In this document: piece by piece, positions 44,801-58,582 of the stretch
Numbering within the stretch: the first letter of the stretch is position 1
Layout of the letters: each line of letters starts with the position of its first letter
Assembly: GCF_964204645.1 (NCBI RefSeq)
Contig: NC_134033.1
Span: forward strand, 12,222,655 to 12,286,654
Length of the DNA: 64,000 nucleotides
Direction: 5' to 3'
DNA from: Tubulanus polymorphus
Lineage: Eukaryota > Animalia > Nemertea
Translations under genes and position numbers: made by a program
Notes under the pieces: model-generated
What the model was told of the DNA's origin: nothing
Seen by the model: only the letters and a program-made list of their open reading frames with translations
The model's database searches: none

Positions 44801-45657
44801 CATTTGAATAATCGTCTGAACGCCTGCAAACGCCGGTCTAGCCATGTAAACTAAGAGACCCAATCGTCATAAGACACATTCCCCAGTAGGATTTTACTTT
44901 TGAGGAAGTGCCAGTGTCTTTTGAATTTTTTGTCTGCAAAAGTCGAATGGTTACCAGAGTTGCGTAATGCGTTTTGATTAAAGTTCGACATGCATATCGG
45001 CATACATTACGCCATTAAAAGGACCGAGGAAGACGTAGATTATTGTCTTTTAGTTATAAAGATAACTAGATAGCGCAGAAATGCTGACGATAAGCGAACA
45101 GTGGCATATAAAGGAACTTTTACTATTCTTGATAGCTTGGGCAGATTTGTAATGCAGAAAAACGTCGGCTTCAAAGCGAGATTTGACATTGGAAAGGACT
45201 TCGACTATTTTTCTCGATGGTTTGACCAAGAGTGGCTTCCTTGGAAATATGCATGCACGGTAAATATGTGTGTACTTGCTTAAGTCGTGGGCGAAAATCA
45301 TGTTGAATTAGTCTTAGATTGAAGAGTAAAATGATGACTTAACCTAGTTCGCTTGTACACGTATTTAAGAAATTCTCGCAGTGAAGACGCATTTCCCGAA
45401 AAAGCGTAATGCAAAACCTTCGATTATGTTTCTAAGAATTCGTATCATAAGAAGGCGTAGTGGGGCAGCTCCTTCCAGGGTACAGTGCACCTCTAGGCAG
45501 ACGCGTAACTCGCGTTACTGAGCTCTCGTATCCGGTGACGACGAGCGAGTCCCGTGATCATCCAGGTTAGGATTGAAAGTAAAACTATCGTTTTTTGTAT
45601 TGTTTTACATAGTCTTTTATCATTTATAGACGTAACATAGTAAACTTAGCGTTGATT

Positions 45658-45965
45658 GGCGTGACTGAGTAGGTTAGAGCATTCGGCTCTGGGATGCCTG
45701 GTCGTGTGTGTTCGAACCCCGTACACTGTAGTGTCCCCGGGCAAGACGCTTAACTTTGTCTCTCTCCATTCAGTGGTATATGATTACCAAGTCTGGTAGA
45801 TGACTTCTGGGCGCTCGAAAGCAGTTCTTGTGTTACATCTCCCCCCGGGAAAGTTGACTTATAGCTGGGATAATAAAACCGTAAAACAAAGAATGAACGC
45901 GTTTGAACTGTATTGAATATTATTCGTGCGCTCTGTATCATTTTTTATGATGATTATTATTATTA
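45658..45965 (+). mobile_element. tRNA-derived CORE-type SINE with L2-like tail
   Basis: Head GGCGTGACTGAGTAGGTTAGAGCA..GTTCGAACCCC (A/B boxes), CORE-like GTGTCCCCGGGCAAGACGCTTAAC..CTCTCTCCATTCAG, and 3' ..GCGTTTGAAC..GCGCT..(ATT)n tail. Confidence 0.7.
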
Positions 45966-47957
45966 GATTTCTAGCTTCTGGCATTTCTAGGCCTTTCCAA
46001 CGTTTGTTCTGGTCGATCTAGGACGTGTGATAATCTAACTATGCACGAGTGCCGACATTGGAAGTAAAGTTATTTTCAAACGATCAGTCTCCATTTAAGG
46101 TTCAATAAATTTAATTAAACTCGTTTTCTGGGCAAATACGGCGTTAGTGTTGGCTATTCGTTTATGTATCGCCTGACATTATGCACGAGAACTACTTGAA
46201 ATGCATGTATACGTAGCCTTGCTGTCTTGTGTGGCTCATAAAAGTCGATTCGTCTTCGGTCTTTCGTCTTAAGTGGAAATCAATGTCGAGTGGATTTCAA
46301 TTCGCGGACGCATGAATACAACATCTGCACGCGGATTGATATTCGCTGTTTTTAATATCGTCTAATCCACCTGTGCGCGCGCGTTCTTAAAGCCTTGGAA
46401 TCGCCGTGGCATCTTAATCGCGTCGGCGGTTAAACGAACCATACCGAAAAAAACAAACTACAGCATCAGCATCACCACGGGAAACTACAGCAGCATCAGC
46501 ATCACGACTTTCAGCATCGCCATCACCGCCATTTCCAACATCGCCCCCATCATAACCATCACTAGGGAATGAATATGACGATAATCACGAGAATAACAAT
46601 ATATAATAGTAATGTCGGATGAGAGCTTGAAATGAAGGTCGGTAAGAATGCAACTATTAATGTGGCTGAAATTATGTACGACGTGTACTAAGAGTATTAT
46701 GTTTTGGAAAATGGAACGTATCAGTTGTTTTGGCATTGTTTAAACAGTACATCAATTATAGCTAGAAGAGTTTTATTGATCATTTGTAAGCGTTAAGAAA
46801 AAACAGAAACATAAAACTAACTGAACTTGCCAAATGTATTTCCGGATAAAGGAGGTATATTTGATATTCGTGTAACTGCAGGGCAATTCCGTCGATCCAT
46901 TTCCTGTAACTGTATAACTGCATTGAACTTTTTGTCGTAATGAAAATTCGCGCTGGTAAAATCGAATTCAAACGATTAATTTGAAGTAACACGTGTCTAT
47001 GGTGAAATGAAGATATTTACGTGCGTCTAACACGAAAAGGTTCAAAACTAGATTATGAAAACCGACTGGACAGAAATCTCCGAAGGTCCCTGTGGAGTGT
47101 TGGACGAAAATTATTGACTTCACCTCACAAACCCCATTGGCCAACTGCATAGACGGAACTTAAGCCCCTAAGTGGTCTTATGTCTTGAAATTGGTCTTAA
47201 GTTGTTTGGTGTTAGTCTAAGTCATGGCTACGTGACTGATCCCTGGTCTTATGTACAAAAGACGAGTACGGTACAAAAAAAATTATACCAACAAAAATAC
47301 ACGGCATGCCACCGAATAAAGATAAAGGCTGTTTAGTAAATCCAAAGACGGTTGCGCATTCATTCGGCCACTGATTAGGGGTTTAAATGCTTTTAGCATG
47401 ACCATCAAGCCCATCCCCGAATGGCAAGCCTCTTCGAGATCGGACGCGAGAGATTATCGCCTGGAAGCTGTAGATGGTGTTACCGATGTAATCGTGGCAT
47501 ACTGAGAGACTATGATTAAGATTCTATCGGGCGGTTTAATGTCGGCATATAGCCGTTATATTGTCACTCAGTAATCACTTCATCCCATCTCCTGGGCACT
47601 GACAAGTTTCATTATGCAACTTGTGCCCCGTCTCGGCGGACCAATTAACAGTATACGGTAATCATTAATAGAACCTTGGCCTGCCTTCTTGGCAATGACT
47701 AATGACCAACATTCAACAGTTCCCCATAACTTACCGCGTTTATACTCCGGAATTTTTACGCGGAAATGTCCACAAACGTCGATGTCTGCTCGCTTTATTT
47801 CTTATAAGTGTCCATAAGTGCAATTATACCGTAACCGCACGTGACTGCCTTATCTAAATGAAAATTTAATGCATGAATATTTGGATGCGATAGATTTGGC
47901 AAACATAGCTGCCAAGCTGCGATAACGGGTTTTCTGCACCTTTCACTGAATAACCCT

Positions 47958-48200
47958 CAGCATCACCATCACCGCCATCCACCACCGCCTTTTCCAGCAT
48001 CACTTTTACCACCATTTCCAACATCTCCGTCATCACATTCTCCAGCATCACCATCACATTCTCCAGCATCACCGTCATCACATTCTCCAGCATCACCATC
48101 ACACTCTCCAGCATCACCATCACAAAAATAACATCAGGGGAGCCTGAAATGAAGGTCTGCACCAAGGATGCAACTATCAATGTGGGTGAACATTTCGAAC
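47958..48200. repeat. (CAT/CAC)-rich tandem repeat plus flank, with a degenerate second copy at ~46460-46670
   Basis: CAGCATCACCATCACATTCTC units followed by GAGC.TGAAATGAAGGTC..ATGCAACTAT.AATGTGG.TGAA in both copies. Confidence 0.7.
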
Positions 48201-51200
48201 GGGTACACCGAGTTTCGTGCTACATGTCCTAAGTATTTGGTAAGGAACCGAAAGGTATTCGTACCCTACTCAGTACTTCATTTAGCAACAGAAGAATATT
48301 TCCGAAATGAACGTATCTAACAGTTGAAGCAATGTGTTCGATGTATTGGTTTATTTTTATCTGTGTTGTTTGAGGAAATGTTTTGACAACGATGCCAATA
48401 ATTGTTATATTACGAGTTTGCCATGAAAACAATTGCCTCGAGCAAACTACTATTATTGGATTGACGAAGGGATGCTTTTTGTGCCGCCCATATATCGTTA
48501 GTACATACACAAACATCGTATCTAATGATTCGTTCAATCCTTTGCGCTTATAGATATTTTTTGCACTGATGCCTCGAACTCATTTCGAACGCAAACCGTG
48601 TCAAGATTAGAGGTAGGTTTTTTAGCTTTTCGTTCACTGCGGTATAAAGAGGTTCTTCGTTTTTAAACGTAAGAACAATCTCAACAATATCTGCCATACG
48701 CTGTGCGGTTAGTGCATCATGCGTCGAGGCATACGTTACAATATATATGTTTATTGGTCTGATATCGGGTCTATTGATCTACGTAATGATTTGATGGTGT
48801 ATGTTGTCGACAATGCTAGATCTGCTATCACACCAGATCGATGGCCTGTCGGACTGTATGTTTGCACACTCCACTGACCTGGTAGTTGAACGTGTGTGAA
48901 AAAGGGCAATATTGTCCAACCAAAAAAATCCATAGTTAAACAGCGCTAACCTTTTTCTACCAATTCTGCTTTCACGGCGGTCCCTAGTTTTGGTGAAGAT
49001 TAATTACAACCACGAATATCAACTGTAAGCAAAATGGGTGGATCTTAGATGCAACAGTTTCACTATATTGAGTAGCAGCAACCTTTTCAGAGCACGTGCC
49101 ATGTGGCTCGTACATGCCGCGGCATCGTACAAAATAAAATCTAATTACTCCGTCGAACAGTTCGTTTCTTATCCACGGTATCATTAGCATTGTGCTCGTT
49201 GGCTGTTAACTACAACAGCCGTAATTTCAACGACTGTTCTGCTAATTTCTTTGGGGCTTGATGACCTGCAAGGAGTCGCTCTGAAATATATCGGGTTCGG
49301 CATGTATCAAGTACGTACGTAATATGTACGTATCTTTTCTCTGCGCCATAAAACACGATAGACCTTTCGAAGGTTTCCATAAACGAGTGACTGGCATCAG
49401 TAACTTAGTGAAAACCAACAATATAATACAATTTAAAAAAAAACTATAAGGGAATCTGACGTTTGATAGAATTGATTCGAAACAGCCGATTCTCTTCTAT
49501 TTTAATTTCTATTCTATTTTTCCATTTTTGGTGGTTTCCCTTAAGACCTTTTGATGTTTGAACGATATATGTTTTTAGCTACATTTTGCTAAAAGCTATG
49601 CTAATCACCAAAGCGTCGTATTGTCAGTAGGACACTTACGTCATCATTATTATTCGTGTGTGATACGATATCATTGGCCTTGTTCTTATTTTCGAACGTA
49701 TCATCTTCGCATATCTTGTTTTATTTTCACTGGCCTGCTTACCGGTTACGTTCTGGAAAGCAGTACGGTCGGTTAGACCGATTTATTTACCCGTATCTGC
49801 ACGTTCACTAATAACAAACCTCGCATAGGTGTACATATCAATTACATTCGTGTGGATATAAAAAATTCATTACAAGTAGTAAGTCATATATTGTACTAGC
49901 GTTTGAATGAAGTAGCTATTGTTTCGGTGAAGAGTGCTTTCCTACGCGTGTTTGCCTCTCGTCGCGGTTACACTCGCCGCGGGATCGTTACACTCCTGTC
50001 GATGGCAGTCGCCGATATATAAAAGTAAATAATATATACGTATATTGAAACTCGACACCGATGATGGCTTCGTTTTTCGGTAACAGTTTGCTTTTCCCGA
50101 AATAAAAACCCATTAACTTTCATCATTTTTTTCCGCACAAACACTTAAACACGCGCATAAGATCGATATTCTGAAAATGTAGTTATTCGTCATACGCCTG
50201 CTAAGCGATTGAGACATTAATGGTAGAAGATGTTGCCCCGACGTACTTGAATATTGTATATTTACTTTTTTAAGAAGGACGCAGTCGTACGTCGAAATCA
50301 TGCGTTCCGGTTTATGCTTTTACGGCCATCTTCAGAGATTTATTTCTAATACTTTCTACAAAACCGAATTGATTTTGTAGGGTTCACGCTTCGTCTTTAA
50401 GACGTCAGTTATCGGTGTATCCTTACTGCGCCAGGACTGCTTACATTATCAATTAAAACAGAGGCACGCTATTGTGTAAATAATGTGTCTCTTCATCTCA
50501 AGGTTGAGATTCTCGAGGTCAATCAAGTCTCAATCTGTGACGTCATCAGTTGCTGTAGATACTACCTGCAACGCACACACACACACACACATATAGTCGG
50601 TGCTTCCTTCTAGAGTCTCCTTCGATAATACTTCAAGGCTTCGTCCGACTTGGTAGCTGCACGTGTTGACTATTTCGTTAGGAGTTGAACAATGCCGCAT
50701 AGATTTCATTTGAATTAGTTACTGATGGAATTAAAGAAGTATGTTTTGACATCGCGTGGTATAAAAATGTCGAAAAAGCAAACATTTTACATGAGATTTT
50801 ATAACGTCCAGATGTATGAACAAATTTAATTCATATTTCTCTAATATGTAAGTACAGTTAACTTGTATATCTTTTATGTATGATTTTGTTTAATAGCTTC
50901 ATGAACTTCAAATCATTTTCGAAATACGTCTAAAGACTCCAGTCAATAACGTGCCCCTTTGCAACACATCGCTAGAAGTGTATCATTTTACATTCGCTAC
51001 ACTTCAAACTATTTCGAATCAAAAATCGAAGTTCTTGTTCCTCGCTTTGCATACGCGGGTAGCCTTGTTTCGCGTGCTGGGATTTATAATTAGTCTGAAG
51101 TAGCTCGAAGCTCGGTGCGTATTTAGTTTTCAGGTAATTACAAAACGTTCATACTAACCCGATCGACTGGTGGTTATTTCCTCCTCACCTGGTTGATTCA

Positions 51201-52314
51201 TTATCTCGTACGCGTATGCATGCCGGTGACTTCAACTTGCGCGTTGGATCCGACCGGTTCGCTTAAGATGCAGTAACGAATCTGTATAATTACTTTCGAG
51301 TAAAGTTTAAAGGATCTTACTCACTTCGTTTAGAGTGAAATGTCAAAGGTTGGCCGTTAATCGAAAACATCGCATTGATGTAAAAGGAACCCGATCAATT
51401 TTACCACTTAGATGTCTGCGCCTCGAAAGAAGAGCCTTATGCTTTTAAGTACCAATGTATTGTGTAAACTTTCTTATGCTTTTAAACTATACCGTAGTTG
51501 ATATATCTAATTCAACATATGATTCTTTTGAATTTTGATTTTTTACGCTGAATAAAGTTTAGTTAAAACTCGAAGAATTACGAGCTGTAGGGGACTCGAA
51601 TTTAACTGGAGCTATAGACTGAGATATAGTTCATTTTCAATCACTTTGAGTATCAACCCACAACTATCCGACGAATTTTCAAATAAGTTCATTTTCGAAT
51701 ATCCTAACATCTTAAGTCACAAAACGTCAAATTATAATGTGATATGTATATTCGCAAATTTTATCGATTAGTCGACCCGACCGACATTCTACCTAAAATC
51801 AATTTCTTTACTCAATAAAAACGCATCTTTCAAAATGCATTTCGTTTCCGAAAATTCCCGCGCATATCTATATAGCACACCGATAGTACCTGGCTTGCGA
51901 AACGTGCTTTTTGCTGATACGTCACGTAAAAAATGAATATGAACTTGCACGTATGAATACATGTGAATGCGAATTTATATCACTAGTACGCGTTATATAT
52001 ATATGCTATTCGTGGTTTATAAATATGCTATTAGTAAACACCTTGCTAAAGATAGACGCAGTTAGCTCCGATTTGAAAGACATTGCCAACTGTTCTACAC
52101 ACCAAAATACCCATCGTAGTAGAGAAGAGGGAGAGAGAGAACGTTCACTATACGACGGTCTAATTATGATATCATTTGTCGTTTCGTCTCGTTAAAGAGC
52201 CCGCCAGGTACTGACGATAGCGATCAACGTATCCTTGTTACTTTCTCATCTTGTGTGAAGAATACATTTCAATCACTCAAGGCACAGGGGCTGCTTCCAA
52301 TAATCGAAACTTTA

Positions 52315-52672
52315 AGCCTAGCGCACATCGACACTGCGATTGGAGACAACTAGTTGCTACCGAACGATTACCCCGCGCACATCGAAATCTAGTTACAACC
52401 GGTCAGTTGCAGCAACTGCATGGCGCGTGTCGATCGTCGAAATCCAGAGCGCGCACATCGACGGATATGACTGCGATTGAGTACAACCAGTTGCTCAAAA
52501 GTAGAACATGGGCAACTGGCTGGAACTGGAGATAGATCGACGCTTACCAATCGTAAGCTCGCTCACATCGACACATTCAAGCAACTGATCGTATCCAGCC
52601 AGTTGCTCTCATGCGCCGAAAACTGCCTTGCAACTAGTTGTCTCCAATCGCAGTGTCGATGTGCGCTAGGCT
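52315..52672. mobile_element. PIF/Harbinger-like MITE with long perfect TIRs
   Basis: AGCCTAGCGCACATCGACACTGCGATTGGAGACAACTAGTTGC and its exact reverse complement; TTA duplicated on both sides. Confidence 0.85.
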
Positions 52673-54146
52673 TTAAGTCCAAAATTTGTCTTAAATCTTA
52701 ATACTGGTTGTCCAATTCGTTATACCAATAAGATAGTCTAAGACTGGTCACTGTGGAGCAAAACAATCCTGGTAGTTTTGAATTCCTTCTACTACATGTA
52801 CTTAAGTCTCAGGTTGCGTTTGGCATTAGACCAAAAATGAACTCGACTTTCCAAGTCTTTATTGGCTTCAAGACATAAGTATTAAGCTAAAGAATCAATT
52901 TAGACCCGAAATAATGATAGCGGATACGTGTGACCCTGAGGCTACTGTCTTCTCGCTAGATTATGTCACCCTGTCGATTTAAGATGACTACCTTGTGTAA
53001 AGCCATTTGGTGTAAACTGGATATACATCTCAGTAAAGTGTGCATGATATACAATCGTCACTGTAGACTCGGCGATCTTTCTTATCGTAAAAAAATAGTT
53101 CGTCCGAATTGGCGTGTGATTAAAGTTGGTGCTCTGCGGTACTTAGTTTTACTTTCATTCATCATTACTCGTCTCCCGGGACACGGTTTCACTAAAGCGG
53201 AAACCCATTCCGTTCGTCGACGAACCGGCGATATGTCCTGGTTTTATGTTGGTCGGGTGCGATTTAATGAAGCATTCGCTCGTCTATTTTTGACTCGCGA
53301 TAACGCTTTTACGAGTAGTTATCAGCGAAATGCATAAAACAGGCGAATATTGGCGGCATCAGAAGAAGAGAATTGAATACCATGCCACCGACCTTAAATC
53401 TGACTCATCGTTTCTGCTAATACGTCTACGCTACCGAGAATTGTCTTCGTCACCCGTCTTACTACTCGGAACTATTTCGTTTTTTTCCGATCCCGAGGAA
53501 TAACGTTATTAGCGAAAACCGCAGCGATGTAACGAGAATGAGACGGACATTGAGACAGACACGAGATCGCGGACAGCAATATATACTTGTATACAGTTGA
53601 TATCATGCATCGGTTGCGCTGTAGAAAAAAAACCATGATCAATAAGATCATTGCTGTCGATTCGGGTGCCTCATTTCGTTGGTTCTGGATACCCATGTGG
53701 CCGTTCTAGGCACTACTGCCCTTAAGATCGAAACGAGTTGTCCCATTAGCATATCTCCCCTTAGACTGGTCTTAGATTTAAGCCATGTCTATGGAACCAT
53801 CCCAATTGCATTTCTCTACGAACGTGATTGTCTATTATCGCTCGCTATGCGAAGTTCACGAGTAAGGGGAGGGGGAACCATTGATACTGATACAATTTAT
53901 TGTTTTTTTGAGTTCTCTCAGCAGGGATTCGAACCTACTGGCTCAGTGGCCGCTTTATAAGGCTCGAATTCCTGCCGAGGGAAAATGTGTCATATTTCGT
54001 CGATCTAAAATGCTTTTAGAATTGAATCAAAAGATGAATTGTAAAATCCAAAAGATGAATTGTGAAATCATCAATTAGTTCCTCGGTTGATGTTTCTTTT
54101 TTTTTCTATCTGATTGTAGGGTAGTAAGCTTGTCAGCGATGTGACC

Positions 54147-56321
54147 ATGGATGTCAGGATACCATCATACCGGATTGAGCTATTCGGGCTCCTGTTGCTA
54201 TGCGTTACGATACACGTGACCGGTGGATATACATACGAGTCGGACCCGACCGCCAGGCGGCGCGACCCGACGGACAGGTACACGCACAAAGGTCGCGTGC
54301 GCGGGACATCGTTCAATTTCAATGGTAAAACGGTCGACGCATTCCTTGGGATTCCCTTCGCCAAACCGCCGGTTGGAAATTTGCGTTTTAAACATCCGCA
54401 GCCAAATGACCGCTGGGAAGGCACCCTCGATGCAACTAAACTACCTCCGACGTGCGTACAAGCACCAGATTTATCCTTCGGAAATTTCTCAGGTGCCACA
54501 ATGTGGAACCCAAACACTGTAACGCAAGAGGATTGCCTGTATCTAAACGTATGGGTGCCTAGGACTACCCCGAGACTCAAACGATCTGCCGTGTTAGTGT
54601 GGATATTCGGCGGCGGGTTCACGACAGGTAGCGCCACCTTGGATGTGTACGACGGGCGCGTTATAGCGGCGGAAAGGGAAGTTATCGTCGTTTCGATGCA
54701 GTATCGACTCGGCTTTCTGGGATATATGGCGCTCGGTATACCGGATGCTCCCGGTAATGCCGGTATGTTTGACCAGTTGATGGCGCTGCAATGGGTTAAA
54801 AACAATATCAATTATTTCGGCGGTGACTCGAATAACGTTACGCTATTCGGTGAAAGTGCCGGCTCCGTCAGCGTAAGCATGCATTTGTTATCGCCGTTAA
54901 GTCGGGATAAATTCGCCCGCGCGATCATGCAAAGTGGCGTGGCTATCGGCGATTGGGCCACTACGACGATGGAGGAGGCAAAACGTCGGACTATACAACT
55001 GTCGAAGCTGGTAAATTGCACTAGAAATAGCTACGAAGCACTAGTAGAGTGCTTGCACAAAATACCGCCCATGGAATTCCCTAGTAGAGTGCTTGCACAA
55101 AATACCGCCCATGGAATTCCCTGAACATGAGTATAGCATCGTACGAGGCATCATGCAGTGGCCTTTCGTACCGGTCATTGACGGCACATTTTTCATCGAA
55201 CCGCCGACGTTGTCGTTAGAGCGCGGAAACTTCAAAAAGTGCCCGATACTTCTGGGCAGCAATAGCGACGAAGCGACCTACTTCATGTTGTACGATCTGC
55301 CGGACTACTTCAATCGAGAAAACGAGGACGCTTATATGACCAGGGATAAATTCATCAACAGCATGGAGCGATTCTTTTTCTACTATCCGCAATATCCGAA
55401 GGAGATGAATCGATTCGGCTTCGACGCACTCATGTTTCAGTATACGCCTTGGAAAAACGTGCACGACGGAATAAAAAGTCGCGATAACATCGACGACGCC
55501 GTCGGTGACTATCATTTCGTTTGCAAAGTAAACAAATGGGCGGAAGCCTACGCGAAGTTTAATTTGCCGGTGTATTACTATTATTTCACGCATCGTTCAT
55601 CGATGAATCCGTGGCCTCGATGGACGGGAGTCATGCACGCCGATGAGATACCGTACGTGTTCGGCGAACCTTTGAACATGAATCTGAAGTATACGCCGAA
55701 AGAACGCGAACTCAGTCGCAAGATGATGTCGTACTGGGTGAACTTCGGTAAGACTGGGTAGGTACATTTATTACTATATACGCGACTGTTCTATAAGCTC
55801 ATAGTTCCTTGCTTTGATGTTATCCTTTATGTGAGCCACCGATTGACCGTTATCAGTTATCCTTTACTGGCAGGGACTATAGCCACGGTTACACGAGCGT
55901 TCTTGGCCAGGGCCAACCCGTTCACACGGGTGTAACACTTGGCATGATCCGAAAAGTCGGACCGGACCCGACGAGCTAAACCTGAGCCTGAGCTGAATTT
56001 TAGCACTGATCACTGGTTCTTGGACTCACTTCGATTATAAGTTGATAATAGAAATAAATATTGAACATTTGGACAAAATTTTGGCAAAATCTTCGCGTCG
56101 CTTAACGTTTGTTTCTTTGATTTTCAGAGATCCGAACAATTCGCCCCGCTATGGGCTGCTCAACGAGTGGCCCATTCACAGTCTGCGCGGCAGGGAATAC
56201 CTCACTCTCAACACAGATACCCTCGATTCGCCGGACAAATCGAAAAATATCGGCCACGGTCCGAGGTCTCGCGCGTGCGCATTCTGGAACGACTATTTAC
56301 CAAATCTGCACGCGGCAACAG
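54147..56321 (+). CDS. ACHE: Acetylcholinesterase catalytic domain (coding exons 54147-55757 and 56128-56321); frame interrupted by a 40-bp tandem duplication at 55041-55120
   Basis: Signal peptide; FLGIPFAKPPVG, choline-binding Trp (GATMWNPN), EDCLYLNVW, oxyanion GGGF, triad FGESAG / NSDEATYF / VMHADEI, CAFWNDYLP. Introns at KTG|DPN (phase 2) and AAT| (phase 1). With the duplication removed the ORF is 653 aa (T form) or 638 aa (H form). Confidence 0.93.
55041..55120 (+). repeat. Exact 40-bp tandem duplication inside the AChE coding exon (frameshift)
   Basis: CTAGTAGAGTGCTTGCACAAAATACCGCCCATGGAATTCC twice, followed by CT microhomology; the ORF track splits AChE here. Confidence 0.97.
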
Positions 56322-57742
56322 GTAAGCGATACATACAGTGTCCGGCAGACGATGAGGCTCCGATTTATTAGACGAGCAATACCTGCCTTATGTGGACCTT
56401 TAGATACTAAAACCTTTTCATCGTAGCCATAGCTATGAATTTGCATGCAATCTTGAGGCTTATCAAATTTAGATAGAATGGTTTTCATCTTTTTGGTGCA
56501 ATGTCTCACTAATCTTGGTTTGATCTTTGAGACATGTGGCAGAGCAGTGACAACGAGGTATACTCGGCGCACACGGCTTAATCGCGATGATAATAATACT
56601 GATAATAATAATGGTGATATCCCAAACTGCCAGGAAAATTGATTGGATATGTTTCCACCTTCGGGAAATCAACGTCATAGCAGTGTCGAATAGATGGACA
56701 AAGAAAGTTCGAAACTCTACATTTATCCCGAATCGCATCGACATTTTCTAATAACAAATTCTGTTTGTAGTTGGATCATCGAGTATTGCACAATGGGTTG
56801 AGGTTTTATCCGAAGATGGGTCGATATAGGTGGTGGGTCAGTTTGCTGCACGGAGTGTTTTTTTATCTGCAATCGAAAGGGCGACACAAGTCGGTATTCC
56901 GAAGCCAAATTAGAAATTAAAGCCAATTCCGCAAGTTTTTATCGTTCTATTCCACCAGGAGGACAAACGAAGACCCATCGATGAAAAAATGGCCGCCTCA
57001 AACGCATCCTATGACAGCATCCCTCATTCCAACCTATGACTAATCTTCTACCCTGAATGATTCGACAGTCCCTCGTAACCGTCTTTCAAAATCAAAATCT
57101 TATTCATAATTTTCTATATTAAATGAATGGATTACATAAAAAAAGATTATTGATACCATATACATGGAGGCAGCCATCTTTTCTGGTAAGGTATCCATAT
57201 GGATGAATGGAGCGTACGTGCAGCAAACATGAACATGATTTATCAATCGGCACTTGATATGGTGATTAGGTATCTACTGTTTAATCTGGTGAAGGGATAT
57301 CGATGCTAATTGCTAACTATTTCTTACTCTACCCACCTTTAAAAATCCTATACGAGTCTCTATTCTTTCGCCTAACACGTATGCACGCCACCTAGCGGCT
57401 GAGGATGATATCGGATATTTTTCGACACTAACAGGTAACTACTACTAACATGATTTCATCAAATCGTAGTTTATTAGTAAAGTATGATAAGAGACAGAAA
57501 GGAATGCAAAATCTGCAAAAATATCGTTATCATCGCATTCCTGTTTTGGCATCTGGACACACTTTCACTCAATGTCTCATGCATTTGAGCACTTTTGATT
57601 CTCATTATATTAACCAATGTTTACTAACTATGTACAAACGTATCGAAAACGACGACCGTTGATTCAGTCGCAGATGACGAATTCCGGTTAGATTTTTGAA
57701 TTCGAATTCAACGGTTTAGTCTCGCTTCTGTTTATTTTTCAG

Positions 57743-57939
57743 AGCCAATCAGCCTCGCCGAACGCCGTTGGAAGCTTCAGTTCAACGAATGGAGCACTCG
57801 GTATATCGTCGAATGGAAACGTCAGTACGACAATTTCATCAACGATCAATTGAAATTCTGTCGTCACAATTTTCCAGTTCTCGATATTGAGCGGAGTTCG
57901 GCGGACGATTTTATCGACAACACCACCGAAGGCACATGA
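57743..57939 (+). CDS. ACHE: AChE alternative terminal exon T (WAT tetramerisation peptide)
   Basis: Acceptor tttatttttcag, phase 1; encodes [44 protein letters not shown], matching the aromatic pattern of vertebrate T ([26 protein letters not shown]..C). Confidence 0.92.
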
Positions 57940-58020
57940 CGCAACATTTCGCCGCCCGAACATTTCTAATAAGATATTTATTTCTGAATTTCGTCCTCCT
58001 CAGGGTTAGATCTTTCCTCT

Positions 58021-58582
<562 letters not shown>

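Noticed and set aside
54071-54811. 246-aa minus-strand ORF and other antisense ORFs over AChE
   Set aside because: Antisense shadows of the AChE coding exon with no independent motifs
54141-55761. Two separate esterase genes, or a decayed pseudogene
   Set aside because: The two ORFs are consecutive halves of one AChE joined at an exact duplication, with no other stops or frameshifts
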